64,000 nt of DNA from an uncultured Pelagibacteraceae bacterium (GTDB taxonomy: Bacteria > Pseudomonadota > Alphaproteobacteria > Pelagibacterales > AG-422-B15): contig CABYZQ010000003.1 in NCBI GenBank assembly GCA_902523535.1, forward strand, positions 19,514 through 83,513, given 5' to 3'. The position numbers and the translations under genes are program-made. Numbering within the stretch: the first letter of the stretch is position 1; the number at the start of each line of letters is the position of its first letter. Below the pieces are notes generated by a model. That model saw only the letters and a list, made by a program, of their open reading frames with translations. It was not told where the DNA came from and did not search any database. Below are positions 52,713 through 61,999 of the stretch, in pieces.

Positions 52713-53123
52713 ATGGTGAAACTTCCAAAGAGCTACAAGCCTACAAAATCTGAAAAATTCATGAATGCGAAACAAAAGGAATATTTTAGAACAAAGCTTA
52801 AAGATTGGAAGAATGACATTTATAAAGAAAGCAGAGAAACTGTAGAAAATCTTCAGGATTCAATCACCCCAGCTGACATGTCTGATAGGGCTACACAAGA
52901 ATCAGAAAAAACACTAGAACTCAAATCAAGAGACAGGCAACGAAAATTAGTTGCTAAAATAGATGAAGCATTAGCTAGAATTGAAAATGGAAGTTATGGT
53001 TACTGCGAAGTTACAGGAGAGCCCATTAATATTGAGAGATTAGACGCAAGACCAGTGACGACACTGAGTATAGAGGCTCAAGAAATGCATGAAAGAAACG
53101 AAAAATTGCATTCTGACGACTAG
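52713..53123 (+). CDS. dksA: RNA polymerase-binding transcription factor DksA (degenerate zinc finger)
   Basis: Coiled-coil tip DMSDRA (DxxDxA), RDRQRKLVAKID, and YGYCEVTGEPI..RL.ARP. Only one of the four canonical Cys is present. Confidence 0.88.
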   Translation: MVKLPKSYKPTKSEKFMNAKQKEYFRTKLKDWKNDIYKESRETVENLQDSITPADMSDRATQESEKTLELKSRDRQRKLVAKIDEALARIENGSYGYCEVTGEPINIERLDARPVTTLSIEAQEMHERNEKLHSDD

Positions 53124-53236
53124 AAAAACTTATTAACAAAGAAAATCAGCCAAATTTATATATTTATACACGTATTTTGCTTATGGATGTAACATCTGTA
53201 AATAGAATCACCTGTTGATAAAAATATAAAATATAA

Positions 53237-53251
53237 GAACATTAACTGAAC
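53237..53251. promoter_or_regulatory. alphaproteobacterial LexA (SOS) box GAAC-N7-GAAC
   Basis: GAACattaactGAAC, a perfect match to the GTTC-N7-GTTC direct-repeat consensus on the opposite strand, 106 nt upstream of recA. Confidence 0.65.
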
Positions 53252-53303
53252 AAATTATATTTTATACAATAAAAACAGTAATTTAAATAGTATTGTAAAA
53301 ATA

Positions 53304-53318
53304 GAACAAAATGTGTAC
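53304..53318. promoter_or_regulatory. second, imperfect SOS-box-like element GAAC-N7-GTAC
   Basis: GAACaaaatgtGTAC, with a further GAAC at 53324-53327, 39 nt upstream of recA. Confidence 0.4.
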
Positions 53319-53356
53319 ATTGAGAACAATTATAAATTACAGTTTGGAGAAAGCAG

Positions 53357-54436
53357 ATGAGCAAAGCAAATTTGAAAGTAGTAGACGATAAAAAAATGGA
53401 CAACTCTGAAAAAGCAAAAGCCTTAGATGTAGCAATGTCTCAAATTGAGCAGACCTACGGAAAAGGTTCAATTATGAAGCTGGGACAAAGAACAGCAATG
53501 GATATAGAAGCAATTTCAACTGGATCCTTGTCCTTAGACGTGGCGTTAGGAATTGGTGGCTTGCCAAAAGGACGAATTGTTGAGATTTATGGTCCGGAGT
53601 CATCTGGTAAAACTACTTTAGCTCTTCATGTAATCGCAGAAGCACAAAAGAATGGTGAGAACTGCGCGTTCATTGATGCAGAGCATGCATTGGATCCTGC
53701 ATACGCTAAGAAATTAGGGGTGAATATTGATGAATTGCTTATTTCTCAACCTGATACAGGAGAGCAAGCATTAGAGATTACAGATTCACTAGTTCGATCA
53801 AAAGCAATATCAGTACTTGTAGTTGACTCAGTAGCTGCATTGACGCCGAAGGCAGAAATTGAGGGAGAAATGGGTGACGCACATATGGGCCTTCAAGCTA
53901 GGCTGATGAGTCAGGCATTGAGAAAGCTAACTGGATCAGTTTCAAAATCTAATTGCATGGTTATCTTTATTAATCAAATTAGAATGAAAATTGGAGTTAT
54001 GTTTGGAAGCCCTGAGACAACTGCAGGAGGAAACGCTTTAAAGTTTTATTCATCTTGTAGATTGGACATTAGGAGAATTGGTGCAATCAAAGATAAAGAT
54101 GAAATTATTGGCAACCAAACTAGAGTTAAAGTTGTAAAGAATAAAGTTGCACCACCGTTTAGATTGGTTGAGTTTGACATAATGTACGGAGAAGGTATTT
54201 CAAAGTTAGGCGAACTTATTGACCTTGGAGTTAAAGTAGGAACTGTAGAAAAATCTGGCGCATGGTTCTCATATAAAGGTGAGAAAATTGGACAAGGAAG
54301 AGAAAATTCTAAGATCTTCCTCAAAGAAAATCCTGCTATAGCCCAAGAAATTGAGTCGATAATTAGAGGCCAGTCAGAAGAAATGCCGGAGCAACTTGGT
54401 GAAAACTCAGACACTGAAGAAACAGTAGAAGAATAA
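53357..54436 (+). CDS. recA: recombinase RecA
   Basis: [37 protein letters not shown], and [27 protein letters not shown]. Confidence 0.97.
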   Translation: MSKANLKVVDDKKMDNSEKAKALDVAMSQIEQTYGKGSIMKLGQRTAMDIEAISTGSLSLDVALGIGGLPKGRIVEIYGPESSGKTTLALHVIAEAQKNGENCAFIDAEHALDPAYAKKLGVNIDELLISQPDTGEQALEITDSLVRSKAISVLVVDSVAALTPKAEIEGEMGDAHMGLQARLMSQALRKLTGSVSKSNCMVIFINQIRMKIGVMFGSPETTAGGNALKFYSSCRLDIRRIGAIKDKDEIIGNQTRVKVVKNKVAPPFRLVEFDIMYGEGISKLGELIDLGVKVGTVEKSGAWFSYKGEKIGQGRENSKIFLKENPAIAQEIESIIRGQSEEMPEQLGENSDTEETVEE

Positions 54437-54468
54437 TTTTTAACTATAATAATTGATCATAGCAAGGA

Positions 54469-54491
54469 GGCGCTGAAAAGCGTCTTTTTGC
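54469..54491 (+). terminator. weak intrinsic terminator after recA
   Basis: GGCGCT-gaaa-AGCGTC (6 bp including one G-U) followed by TTTTT. Confidence 0.45.
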
Positions 54492-54522
54492 GTTTTATTC
54501 AACAGGATGTTATACGTAACAT

Positions 54523-57105
54523 ATGAGAATTAATGATCTTAGAAACGCATTCATTTCATATTTTGAAAACCAAGGCCATAAGCATATTCATTCTAGCCCA
54601 CTTGTTCCACAGAATGATCCGACACTTATGTTTGCCAATTCAGGAATGGTGCAATTTAAAAATGTATTTACTGGATTAGAAAGTAGAGACTACAAGCGAG
54701 CAGTCACCGCCCAAAAGTGCATCAGGGCAGGAGGTAAGCATAATGATTTAGAGAATGTTGGCTATACGTTAAGACACCACACTTTTTTTGAAATGTTGGG
54801 CAACTTTTCTTTTGGTGATTATTTTAAAGAAGATGCAATTGAGTATGCCTGGAAATTTATCACATCTGAACTTGCTATAAACAAAGATAAACTATGCGTT
54901 ACAATCTATCATGATGATGAACAGGCGTATGAATCTTGGAAAAAGGTTGCTGGCCTTAGCGATGATAGGATAATCAGAATATCTACAAAAGATAATTTTT
55001 GGTCAATGGGTGAAACTGGTCCTTGTGGACCTTGTTCTGAAATATTTTATGATCATGGCGATCAGTTTAATGGAAAGCTTCCTAGTGAAGCTGATGAAAC
55101 AGGGGACAGGTTTGTAGAGATATGGAATTTAGTATTTATGCAGTTCGAACAATTGAATTCCAATGAAAGAATAGATCTTCCAAAACCTTCTATTGATACA
55201 GGGATGGGCATTGAGCGAATTGCAGCCGTTATGCAAGGAACTAATGATAATTATCAAGTTGACAGTATAAAAGAGATTATTGGTAATTCTATAGAGCTTA
55301 CTAAATCTGATGATGATAAGCTAATTTCAAGTCATAGAGTTATTGCTGATCATTTACGTTCCTCCTGCTTCTTGATTGCAGACGGGGTTTTGCCTTCTAA
55401 TGAAGGAAGAGGATATGTGCTAAGAAGAATAATGAGAAGAGCAATGCGGCATGTTCATCTACTTGATTATAATGATACATTGATGCACCAATTAGTGCCC
55501 ACGTTAATGCTTAATATGAAGGAAGCATATCCAGAATTATTAAGAGCTGAAATATTAATAAAAGAGACGTTGAAGTATGAAGAGGAAAAATTTAAGAATC
55601 TTCTAGATAAAGGTATTTCGCAGCTAGATAATATAACTAAAGATTTACGATCTGGTGATACTTTTCCAGGAGACTCAGCGTTTAAACTTTATGACACGTA
55701 CGGATTTCCCATTGATCTTACGCAGGACATATTGAGAAGTAATAATATTTCTATAGATATAGATGGTTTTAATAAAAAACTTGAAGCGCAAAAAGAATTA
55801 GCTAGAAAGAATTGGTCTGGTGCAGGCGGCTCTGTGACTGATAAGATTTGGTTTGAATTAAACAAAGAATTATTAGCTACTGAATTTCTTGGGTACAATG
55901 GTATTGAAACTCAAGGTGAAGTTCTGTCAATTATTAAAGATGATAAAAGAGTCACTGAATTAAAAGAAAAAGAAGAAGGAATTATTATGCTTAACCAAAC
56001 TGTGTTTTATGCTGAGTCGGGTGGGCAAATTGGAGATACGGGAGTGATACAGGGAGAAGATTTTGAGTTTTCAGTTATGGATACTCAAAAAAAGGACAAA
56101 TTAATTCTGCACATAGGAGTCATGATTAAAGGAACAATTAAAAATGGATCTGATGCAGTTTTATCAGTTAATCAAAAACAAAGAAATGATTGTAAAGCTT
56201 ATCATTCAGCCACACATATTTTACATCAATCTCTTAGAGACAGGCTAGGTGAGCACGTTACGCAGAAAGGATCCTTAGTCTCAAATGATAAATTAAGGTT
56301 TGATTTTAGTCATCATAAATCAATGACAAATCTAGAGATTGAAGATGTTCAAAATAAAGTAAACGAAATTATTAAAACTGGTTCCAAGGTAGAGACACTA
56401 ATTATGTCACCGGATGATGCAGTAAAGGCTGGTGCCCTTGCCCTGTTTGGAGAAAAGTATTCAGATGAAGTTAGGGTTCTCAAGATAGGAAAATTTAATG
56501 ATAAAACATACAGCACAGAGTTATGTGGAGGAACCCATGTTTCTAATACCAATGAAATAGGAGAATTAAGAATTGTAAGTGAATCCTCAGCTGCTTCAGG
56601 AGTAAGAAGAATTGAAGCTTTGAGAGGCGATGACCTATTAAAATTTAACGAAGAAAAGAAGAAAGAAGATCTTAAATCAGAAGAAAAAAAACTGGACATT
56701 AAAAAAGAAAAAGAAGTTTCTACAGAAAATATAAGACAGCTTAAAGAAGCAATAGAATTAAGTATTGGCAATAACTCGGATCATAATATTATTATTGAAT
56801 TCTGTGAGAATATATTAATTAATGAACTGAGACCACTGATAGATAAGTACAAAAAACTAATATCAGATCACGGTGTTATAATTCTTTGTGCTAAAAAGGG
56901 CGATAAGTTAAGCTTTCTAATAGGCGTAACTGATCAATTGACTGATAAAATTGGTGCAGATGAAATTGCTAAATTTGCGTCCTCTATTTCAAATGGAAAA
57001 GGCGGTGGAGGTAGAAAAGATTTTGCCCAATCAGGAGGCATGTTGATTAATGAAGATGATCAAAAAAGAGAGCTAAGAAAATTTATTATTGGTAAGTTAC
57101 AGTAA
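54523..57105 (+). CDS. alaS: alanine-tRNA ligase
   Basis: F..YF...GH....[41 protein letters not shown], the editing-domain HSATHIL, and CGGTHV. Confidence 0.96.
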   Translation: MRINDLRNAFISYFENQGHKHIHSSPLVPQNDPTLMFANSGMVQFKNVFTGLESRDYKRAVTAQKCIRAGGKHNDLENVGYTLRHHTFFEMLGNFSFGDYFKEDAIEYAWKFITSELAINKDKLCVTIYHDDEQAYESWKKVAGLSDDRIIRISTKDNFWSMGETGPCGPCSEIFYDHGDQFNGKLPSEADETGDRFVEIWNLVFMQFEQLNSNERIDLPKPSIDTGMGIERIAAVMQGTNDNYQVDSIKEIIGNSIELTKSDDDKLISSHRVIADHLRSSCFLIADGVLPSNEGRGYVLRRIMRRAMRHVHLLDYNDTLMHQLVPTLMLNMKEAYPELLRAEILIKETLKYEEEKFKNLLDKGISQLDNITKDLRSGDTFPGDSAFKLYDTYGFPIDLTQDILRSNNISIDIDGFNKKLEAQKELARKNWSGAGGSVTDKIWFELNKELLATEFLGYNGIETQGEVLSIIKDDKRVTELKEKEEGIIMLNQTVFYAESGGQIGDTGVIQGEDFEFSVMDTQKKDKLILHIGVMIKGTIKNGSDAVLSVNQKQRNDCKAYHSATHILHQSLRDRLGEHVTQKGSLVSNDKLRFDFSHHKSMTNLEIEDVQNKVNEIIKTGSKVETLIMSPDDAVKAGALALFGEKYSDEVRVLKIGKFNDKTYSTELCGGTHVSNTNEIGELRIVSESSAASGVRRIEALRGDDLLKFNEEKKKEDLKSEEKKLDIKKEKEVSTENIRQLKEAIELSIGNNSDHNIIIEFCENILINELRPLIDKYKKLISDHGVIILCAKKGDKLSFLIGVTDQLTDKIGADEIAKFASSISNGKGGGGRKDFAQSGGMLINEDDQKRELRKFIIGKLQ

Positions 57106-58315
57106 GTTTATTGTTAAGGTTACGTTCAATAATTTCTAAAAAATCTTCTGTACTATGCCAATCTTGTTCATGAGGCATCAGCAGGGCTAGATCCTTCGTC
57201 ATTGATCCACTTTCAACTGTCTCAACGCATACTTTTTCCAACTTATCTGCAAACTCAATAAGTTGATCATTCTCATCCAGCTTTCCACGATATTTAAGGC
57301 CTCTTGACCAAGCAAATATAGAGGCTATAGGGTTCGTTGAAGTTTGCTTGCCTTCTTGATGCAATCTAAAATGTCTTGTGACTGTTCCATGAGCAGCTTC
57401 TGCTTCGATAGTTTTTCCGTCTGGCGTCATAAGCACGCTTGTCATCAGTCCTAGTGAGCCAAATCCTTGAGCAACAGTATCTGATTGTACATCCCCATCG
57501 TAGTTTTTACATGCCCATACAAATTTTCCGTTCCATTTCAACGCAGATGCGACCATATCATCTATTAATCTATGCTCATAATCTAGATCGAGTGATTTAA
57601 ATTTCTCAGCAAAGTCTTTTTCATATACCTCTTGAAAGAGATCTTTGAAACGACCGTCGTATTGTTTCAAAATAGTATTTTTAGTAGATAGGTAAACAGG
57701 CCATTCACGCATCAATGCATAGTTCATGCAAGATTTTGCAAAGTCTCTGATCGACTCGTCTGTATTATACATCGCCATGGCAACGCCACTTGATTGAAAT
57801 TCATAAACTTCTTCTTCGATTGGTTCCATATTCGGATCTTCGGGTGTCCATTTAATACTAAGTTTTCCTTTGCCAGGAACTTTAAAATCTGTCGCTTTGT
57901 ATTGATCCCCAAATGCGTGCCTACCTACGACAATGGGGTCAGTCCATCCAGGCACAAGTCTAGGGACATTTTTACAAACAATCGGTTCCCTAAAAACTGT
58001 TCCACCAAGTATATTTCTTATAGTTCCATTTGGAGAGCGCCACATTTCCTTAAGTTTAAATTCTTCTACCCGATCTTCATCAGGAGTTATTGTGGCGCAT
58101 TTAACTCCAACTCCGTATTTCTTTATGGCATTCGCAGAATCGACTGTAATTTTATCATTGGTTCTATCTCTGCTTTCAACTCCAAGATCGTAATAATCAA
58201 GTTCAATATCAAGATAGGGAAGTATGAGTTTATCCTTGATAAACTGCCAAATAATTCTTGTCATCTCATCACCATCTATCTCGACTAACGGTGTTTTAAC
58301 TTTAATTTTCTTCAC
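57086..58315 (-). CDS. icd: NADP-dependent isocitrate dehydrogenase (eukaryote-like ~45 kDa type)
   Basis: [30 protein letters not shown] and [22 protein letters not shown]. The 3' end overlaps alaS by 20 nt. Confidence 0.94.
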   Translation of the reverse strand: MKKIKVKTPLVEIDGDEMTRIIWQFIKDKLILPYLDIELDYYDLGVESRDRTNDKITVDSANAIKKYGVGVKCATITPDEDRVEEFKLKEMWRSPNGTIRNILGGTVFREPIVCKNVPRLVPGWTDPIVVGRHAFGDQYKATDFKVPGKGKLSIKWTPEDPNMEPIEEEVYEFQSSGVAMAMYNTDESIRDFAKSCMNYALMREWPVYLSTKNTILKQYDGRFKDLFQEVYEKDFAEKFKSLDLDYEHRLIDDMVASALKWNGKFVWACKNYDGDVQSDTVAQGFGSLGLMTSVLMTPDGKTIEAEAAHGTVTRHFRLHQEGKQTSTNPIASIFAWSRGLKYRGKLDENDQLIEFADKLEKVCVETVESGSMTKDLALLMPHEQDWHSTEDFLEIIERNLNNKLTVTYQ

Positions 58316-58850
58316 GGATTCTCAGTTCTTTTTCTAACTCTGAATGATTTTTGATTACCTTATATGCTTCTTTCATATTTTCACCAGCAAAATTGTTTTT
58401 GATCATGTGCTCTATTAATTCAACAAGAGGGTCCCAGAAATTTTCAAAATTATATATAAAAACTGGTTTATTATGAAGGTTCAGCTGTTTCCAAGACAGA
58501 ACTTCAAAAAATTCCTCTAGAGTGCCGATACCACCTGGAAGAATAAGAAAGGAATCTGCAGAATTATACATTTCAATCTTTCTTTCATGCATAGTATTGA
58601 CAATTTTTACATTATTTTCACTTATGTTTTTTCGTTCAATATTAATGAGGTGTTCAGTTATCACTCCTTTTACTTCACCACCCGCCTGAGTAGCACTTTT
58701 GGATAGTTCACCCATTAGGCCCATATCACCTCCACCATATATAATTTTTAATTTTTCTTGAGCTAGGAGTTTGCCAATTTTAGAGACTTCATCATTGAAA
58801 GTTTTACTGATTTTATTTGAGGAGCTACAATAAACAGCAATTGATTTCAT
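58302..58850 (-). CDS. LOG-family cytokinin riboside 5'-monophosphate phosphoribohydrolase-like protein (TIGR00730)
   Basis: [10 protein letters not shown] and [12 protein letters not shown] motifs; 182 aa. Confidence 0.85.
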   Translation of the reverse strand: MKSIAVYCSSSNKISKTFNDEVSKIGKLLAQEKLKIIYGGGDMGLMGELSKSATQAGGEVKGVITEHLINIERKNISENNVKIVNTMHERKIEMYNSADSFLILPGGIGTLEEFFEVLSWKQLNLHNKPVFIYNFENFWDPLVELIEHMIKNNFAGENMKEAYKVIKNHSELEKELRIREEN

Positions 58851-58852
58851 AT

Positions 58853-61800
58853 TTAGTTTACTAAATTACTTTTAATATTTGGTATACCTCTGTAATTCTT
58901 AAATCTACTAAAAAAAACATTTAAGCTATTAGGCAAAGCCAGTAGGGCAGGCGTAACAAACAAAGTTGCAATGGTGGCAAATGAAAGACCAAAAACGATT
59001 GCCCAAGCTAAAGGCTCAACAAAATAGCTTTCTGCACTTTTATAGCTTATTGTTCTGTCAAATACATCAACGCTTATCTGCAATGCTGAGGGAAGTAGAC
59101 CAAACACAGTTGTTATCGTTGTTAAAAAAATAGGTCTTATCCGACTTTTAGCAGCGGCAATGATTGCAACAAATCGATCACTTTCGTTCTTTTTAATTTT
59201 TCTATAACTATCTATTAAAATAATATTGTTATTAACAACTATCCCAGTACACGCAACAATTCCAAGCCCAGTCATTACGCCGCTGAATGGAAGCTGTAAT
59301 ACGAGTAGTCCAACAAATACCCCTGTCGTAGAAAGTACAATTGAAAAAAGTACTAAAAATGTGTGATAGAAATTATTGAATAAAGATATCAAAATTATAA
59401 ACATAAGCAGCAATGCTGCAGCAAATGCTGATAATATGAATACTTGAGAAGATCTTGAGTCTTCTGCTTCTCCTATAAGGTTAACTTTAACGTCAATTGG
59501 AAGATTAGCTTGCGTCAACCAGTATTTTATTTTTCTTATTTGATCAGCTGTTTTATACCCTTCAGCAGTATTTGCATCTACCATCAATATTCTTGAGGAA
59601 TCTTTCCGGCCAATAGAAAATATTTTTTTATTGGGCTCTTTCTCTATGAATCTTGAAATTGGCACAGAGCCAAAGTCAGTTTGTATAAATAAGTTTTCAA
59701 CCTCATCAAGCGAACGCATATCCTCTGGTAAAAATAATTTAATATCTATTTCTTCATTCTTATTAATTGGTCTTAATGCGCCAATCTTTGCACCAGTTGT
59801 TGCTAGATTGATGATAGAGCCAATTTGTTGAATTGATATGTTGTATTTTCCAGTTTGTTTTCTATCAACCTTATATTCCCATTCTACACCAGTTATAGGG
59901 TATTTTATTTCAATATCTTTTACTTCTTTTGAGTTTGCCAATTTGTCTTTTATTATTTCTGCAACCTGTCTTAAAACAAATTTATTTGCTGAGGAGATTT
60001 CAATCTCGATGTCTTTTGGGCCAACAATTGCTGAACTATAAGTATTCCCTGAAATCCTAGCTTCGTATCCACTAATCTTACTTAATTCATCTTGTATATC
60101 TTGTAGTACCAGATCACTATCAGGTCTTTCATCTTCTGGAATTAAATCAATCCACAGCCTGCCAACTATATCAGTTGGACTTTGATCAAAAAGCCAAATC
60201 CGGTTTCTATTTATTGTATTTGCAACGTAGTTTCCAATATAAGGGTTAGCCTCTACAACTTCTACGACTTCTTTTATATATTCGGCTGTTTCTGTGGGAG
60301 AGAAATTTCCTCGCGCCATAACTTCAACTCGAGCGTTTGTTGCTTTATCGTTAGGAAAGAAAATAACACCATTATTATACTGGCTATAGATGAAAATAAC
60401 CGACAGAAATGTGAAAATAGTTAAAAGCAAAACTATCAATGGACTTCTTATTGCTCTTGATACACTTCTTTCATAGACTCTGACGAAATATCCTTCTTTT
60501 CTTTTGTTCTCATCAGACATTTGGGCCGTTTTTCTCTCTATCATTGATCCCATTGCTGGTAGGAAAACAAGAGAAACCACTAATGATGTTGATAGCACAA
60601 CAATTACAGTCAATGGAATTACTCTTAGCCATTGACCAAGCATGTCAGGCCAAAATAATAATGGAAAGAAAGCTGCAATTGTTGTTAGTGAAGAAGCTAC
60701 AATTGGCCAAAACATAGTATGTGAGGAATTAATATATGAATCTCTTCGACGAACTCCTCGTTCTTGTTCTGAGCGCGCATATTCAGTTATCACAATTGGT
60801 CCATCTACTAGTAGTCCAACTGACAAGATGAGCCCAAAAACAGTCATTAAATTATAAGTCAATCCCATAGAGTCCAGAATTAAGATGGAAAATAAGTATG
60901 TAGTTGGAATTGAGAGTCCCACAATAGTGCCACTTCTTATGCCTAGTGCCGCTATGACAATAATCATTACAAGAATGACTGCAGTTATGACTGTATTTTC
61001 TGAGGATTCAATTCTTTGCTCAACTTGCTCAGATTCATCGTCTATTATTTGTGTTTTGATATCAGGATGAAATTTTCCATCATTAATTCTAAGTACCTTT
61101 TTAACTGAATTATATGTATCAATAATATTGGTCCCAGCTTTTCTTGATATTTGCATGTTTAATGCAGTTTTACCGTTAACAATCACAATATTTTTTTTAT
61201 CGTCATATGTTCTCTTAATTTCTGAAATATCATCAAGTTTTAATATAAATCCTTTATCCATTTTAATAGGGAGTTCACCTATTTCCCTATAGTTTTCATA
61301 AAGACCAGGAATTTTTATTGAATAGTTAGCATCATCACTGACAAGTGTTCCAGCGGGTACAATATTATTATATTTTCTTAACGCCCCATAAACATCTGCA
61401 ACATCAAGTTCATATTTGCGAAGAAGGGATGGATCGAGGGTAACTTTGACAATTTCGTCTCTTTTACCAACAATATCTACCTCAGTTACATTATTAATTT
61501 TTTCTAGCTGGTCTTTATAAGCGTTTGCAGTTTTTTCTAAAATATCATAGGGAACGTCACCATAAATACCAACATAAATATTTGAAAACATTGATGAATC
61601 ATATTCTTTTACCTCAATAATTTCCATTTCTGCAGGAAGTTCTTCAGATGCGTCAGTAATTGTATTTCTTATGAGCTTAGATAAATTTTGAATTTTAGTA
61701 TTAAGTTCAAAAGCAATCATGAAAGAGGCAATATTATCTTTTGATATTGAAACAATTTCATCAATATCCTGAAGCGACATCAATTTTCTCTCAAGCGGTT

Positions 61801-61999
61801 CGGTTATAAGTTTTTCTATTTCGCTTGATGACATTCCTTTGTATTCAACAATCAATGCTACTGTTTTAAGATCAATTTCTGGCATTTCTTCCTTTGGAAA
61901 AGTCACATAAGAAAGTACACCAAGCAAAACAATCATTAACAAGATTGTTGATATTGTTTTTTTTCTGAAAAGAATAGATGCTAGAATATTACGAAGCAT
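58853..61999 (-). CDS. RND efflux transporter permease (AcrB/MdtC-like)
   Basis: 1048 aa. 12-TM/two-large-loop layout, LSVGLLVDGPIVITE and GIVVNNNIILIDSY RND motifs. Confidence 0.88.
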   Translation of the reverse strand: MLRNILASILFRKKTISTILLMIVLLGVLSYVTFPKEEMPEIDLKTVALIVEYKGMSSSEIEKLITEPLERKLMSLQDIDEIVSISKDNIASFMIAFELNTKIQNLSKLIRNTITDASEELPAEMEIIEVKEYDSSMFSNIYVGIYGDVPYDILEKTANAYKDQLEKINNVTEVDIVGKRDEIVKVTLDPSLLRKYELDVADVYGALRKYNNIVPAGTLVSDDANYSIKIPGLYENYREIGELPIKMDKGFILKLDDISEIKRTYDDKKNIVIVNGKTALNMQISRKAGTNIIDTYNSVKKVLRINDGKFHPDIKTQIIDDESEQVEQRIESSENTVITAVILVMIIVIAALGIRSGTIVGLSIPTTYLFSILILDSMGLTYNLMTVFGLILSVGLLVDGPIVITEYARSEQERGVRRRDSYINSSHTMFWPIVASSLTTIAAFFPLLFWPDMLGQWLRVIPLTVIVVLSTSLVVSLVFLPAMGSMIERKTAQMSDENKRKEGYFVRVYERSVSRAIRSPLIVLLLTIFTFLSVIFIYSQYNNGVIFFPNDKATNARVEVMARGNFSPTETAEYIKEVVEVVEANPYIGNYVANTINRNRIWLFDQSPTDIVGRLWIDLIPEDERPDSDLVLQDIQDELSKISGYEARISGNTYSSAIVGPKDIEIEISSANKFVLRQVAEIIKDKLANSKEVKDIEIKYPITGVEWEYKVDRKQTGKYNISIQQIGSIINLATTGAKIGALRPINKNEEIDIKLFLPEDMRSLDEVENLFIQTDFGSVPISRFIEKEPNKKIFSIGRKDSSRILMVDANTAEGYKTADQIRKIKYWLTQANLPIDVKVNLIGEAEDSRSSQVFILSAFAAALLLMFIILISLFNNFYHTFLVLFSIVLSTTGVFVGLLVLQLPFSGVMTGLGIVACTGIVVNNNIILIDSYRKIKKNESDRFVAIIAAAKSRIRPIFLTTITTVFGLLPSALQISVDVFDRTISYKSAESYFVEPLAWAIVFGLSFATIATLFVTPALLALPNSLNVFFSRFKNYRGIPNIKSNLVN

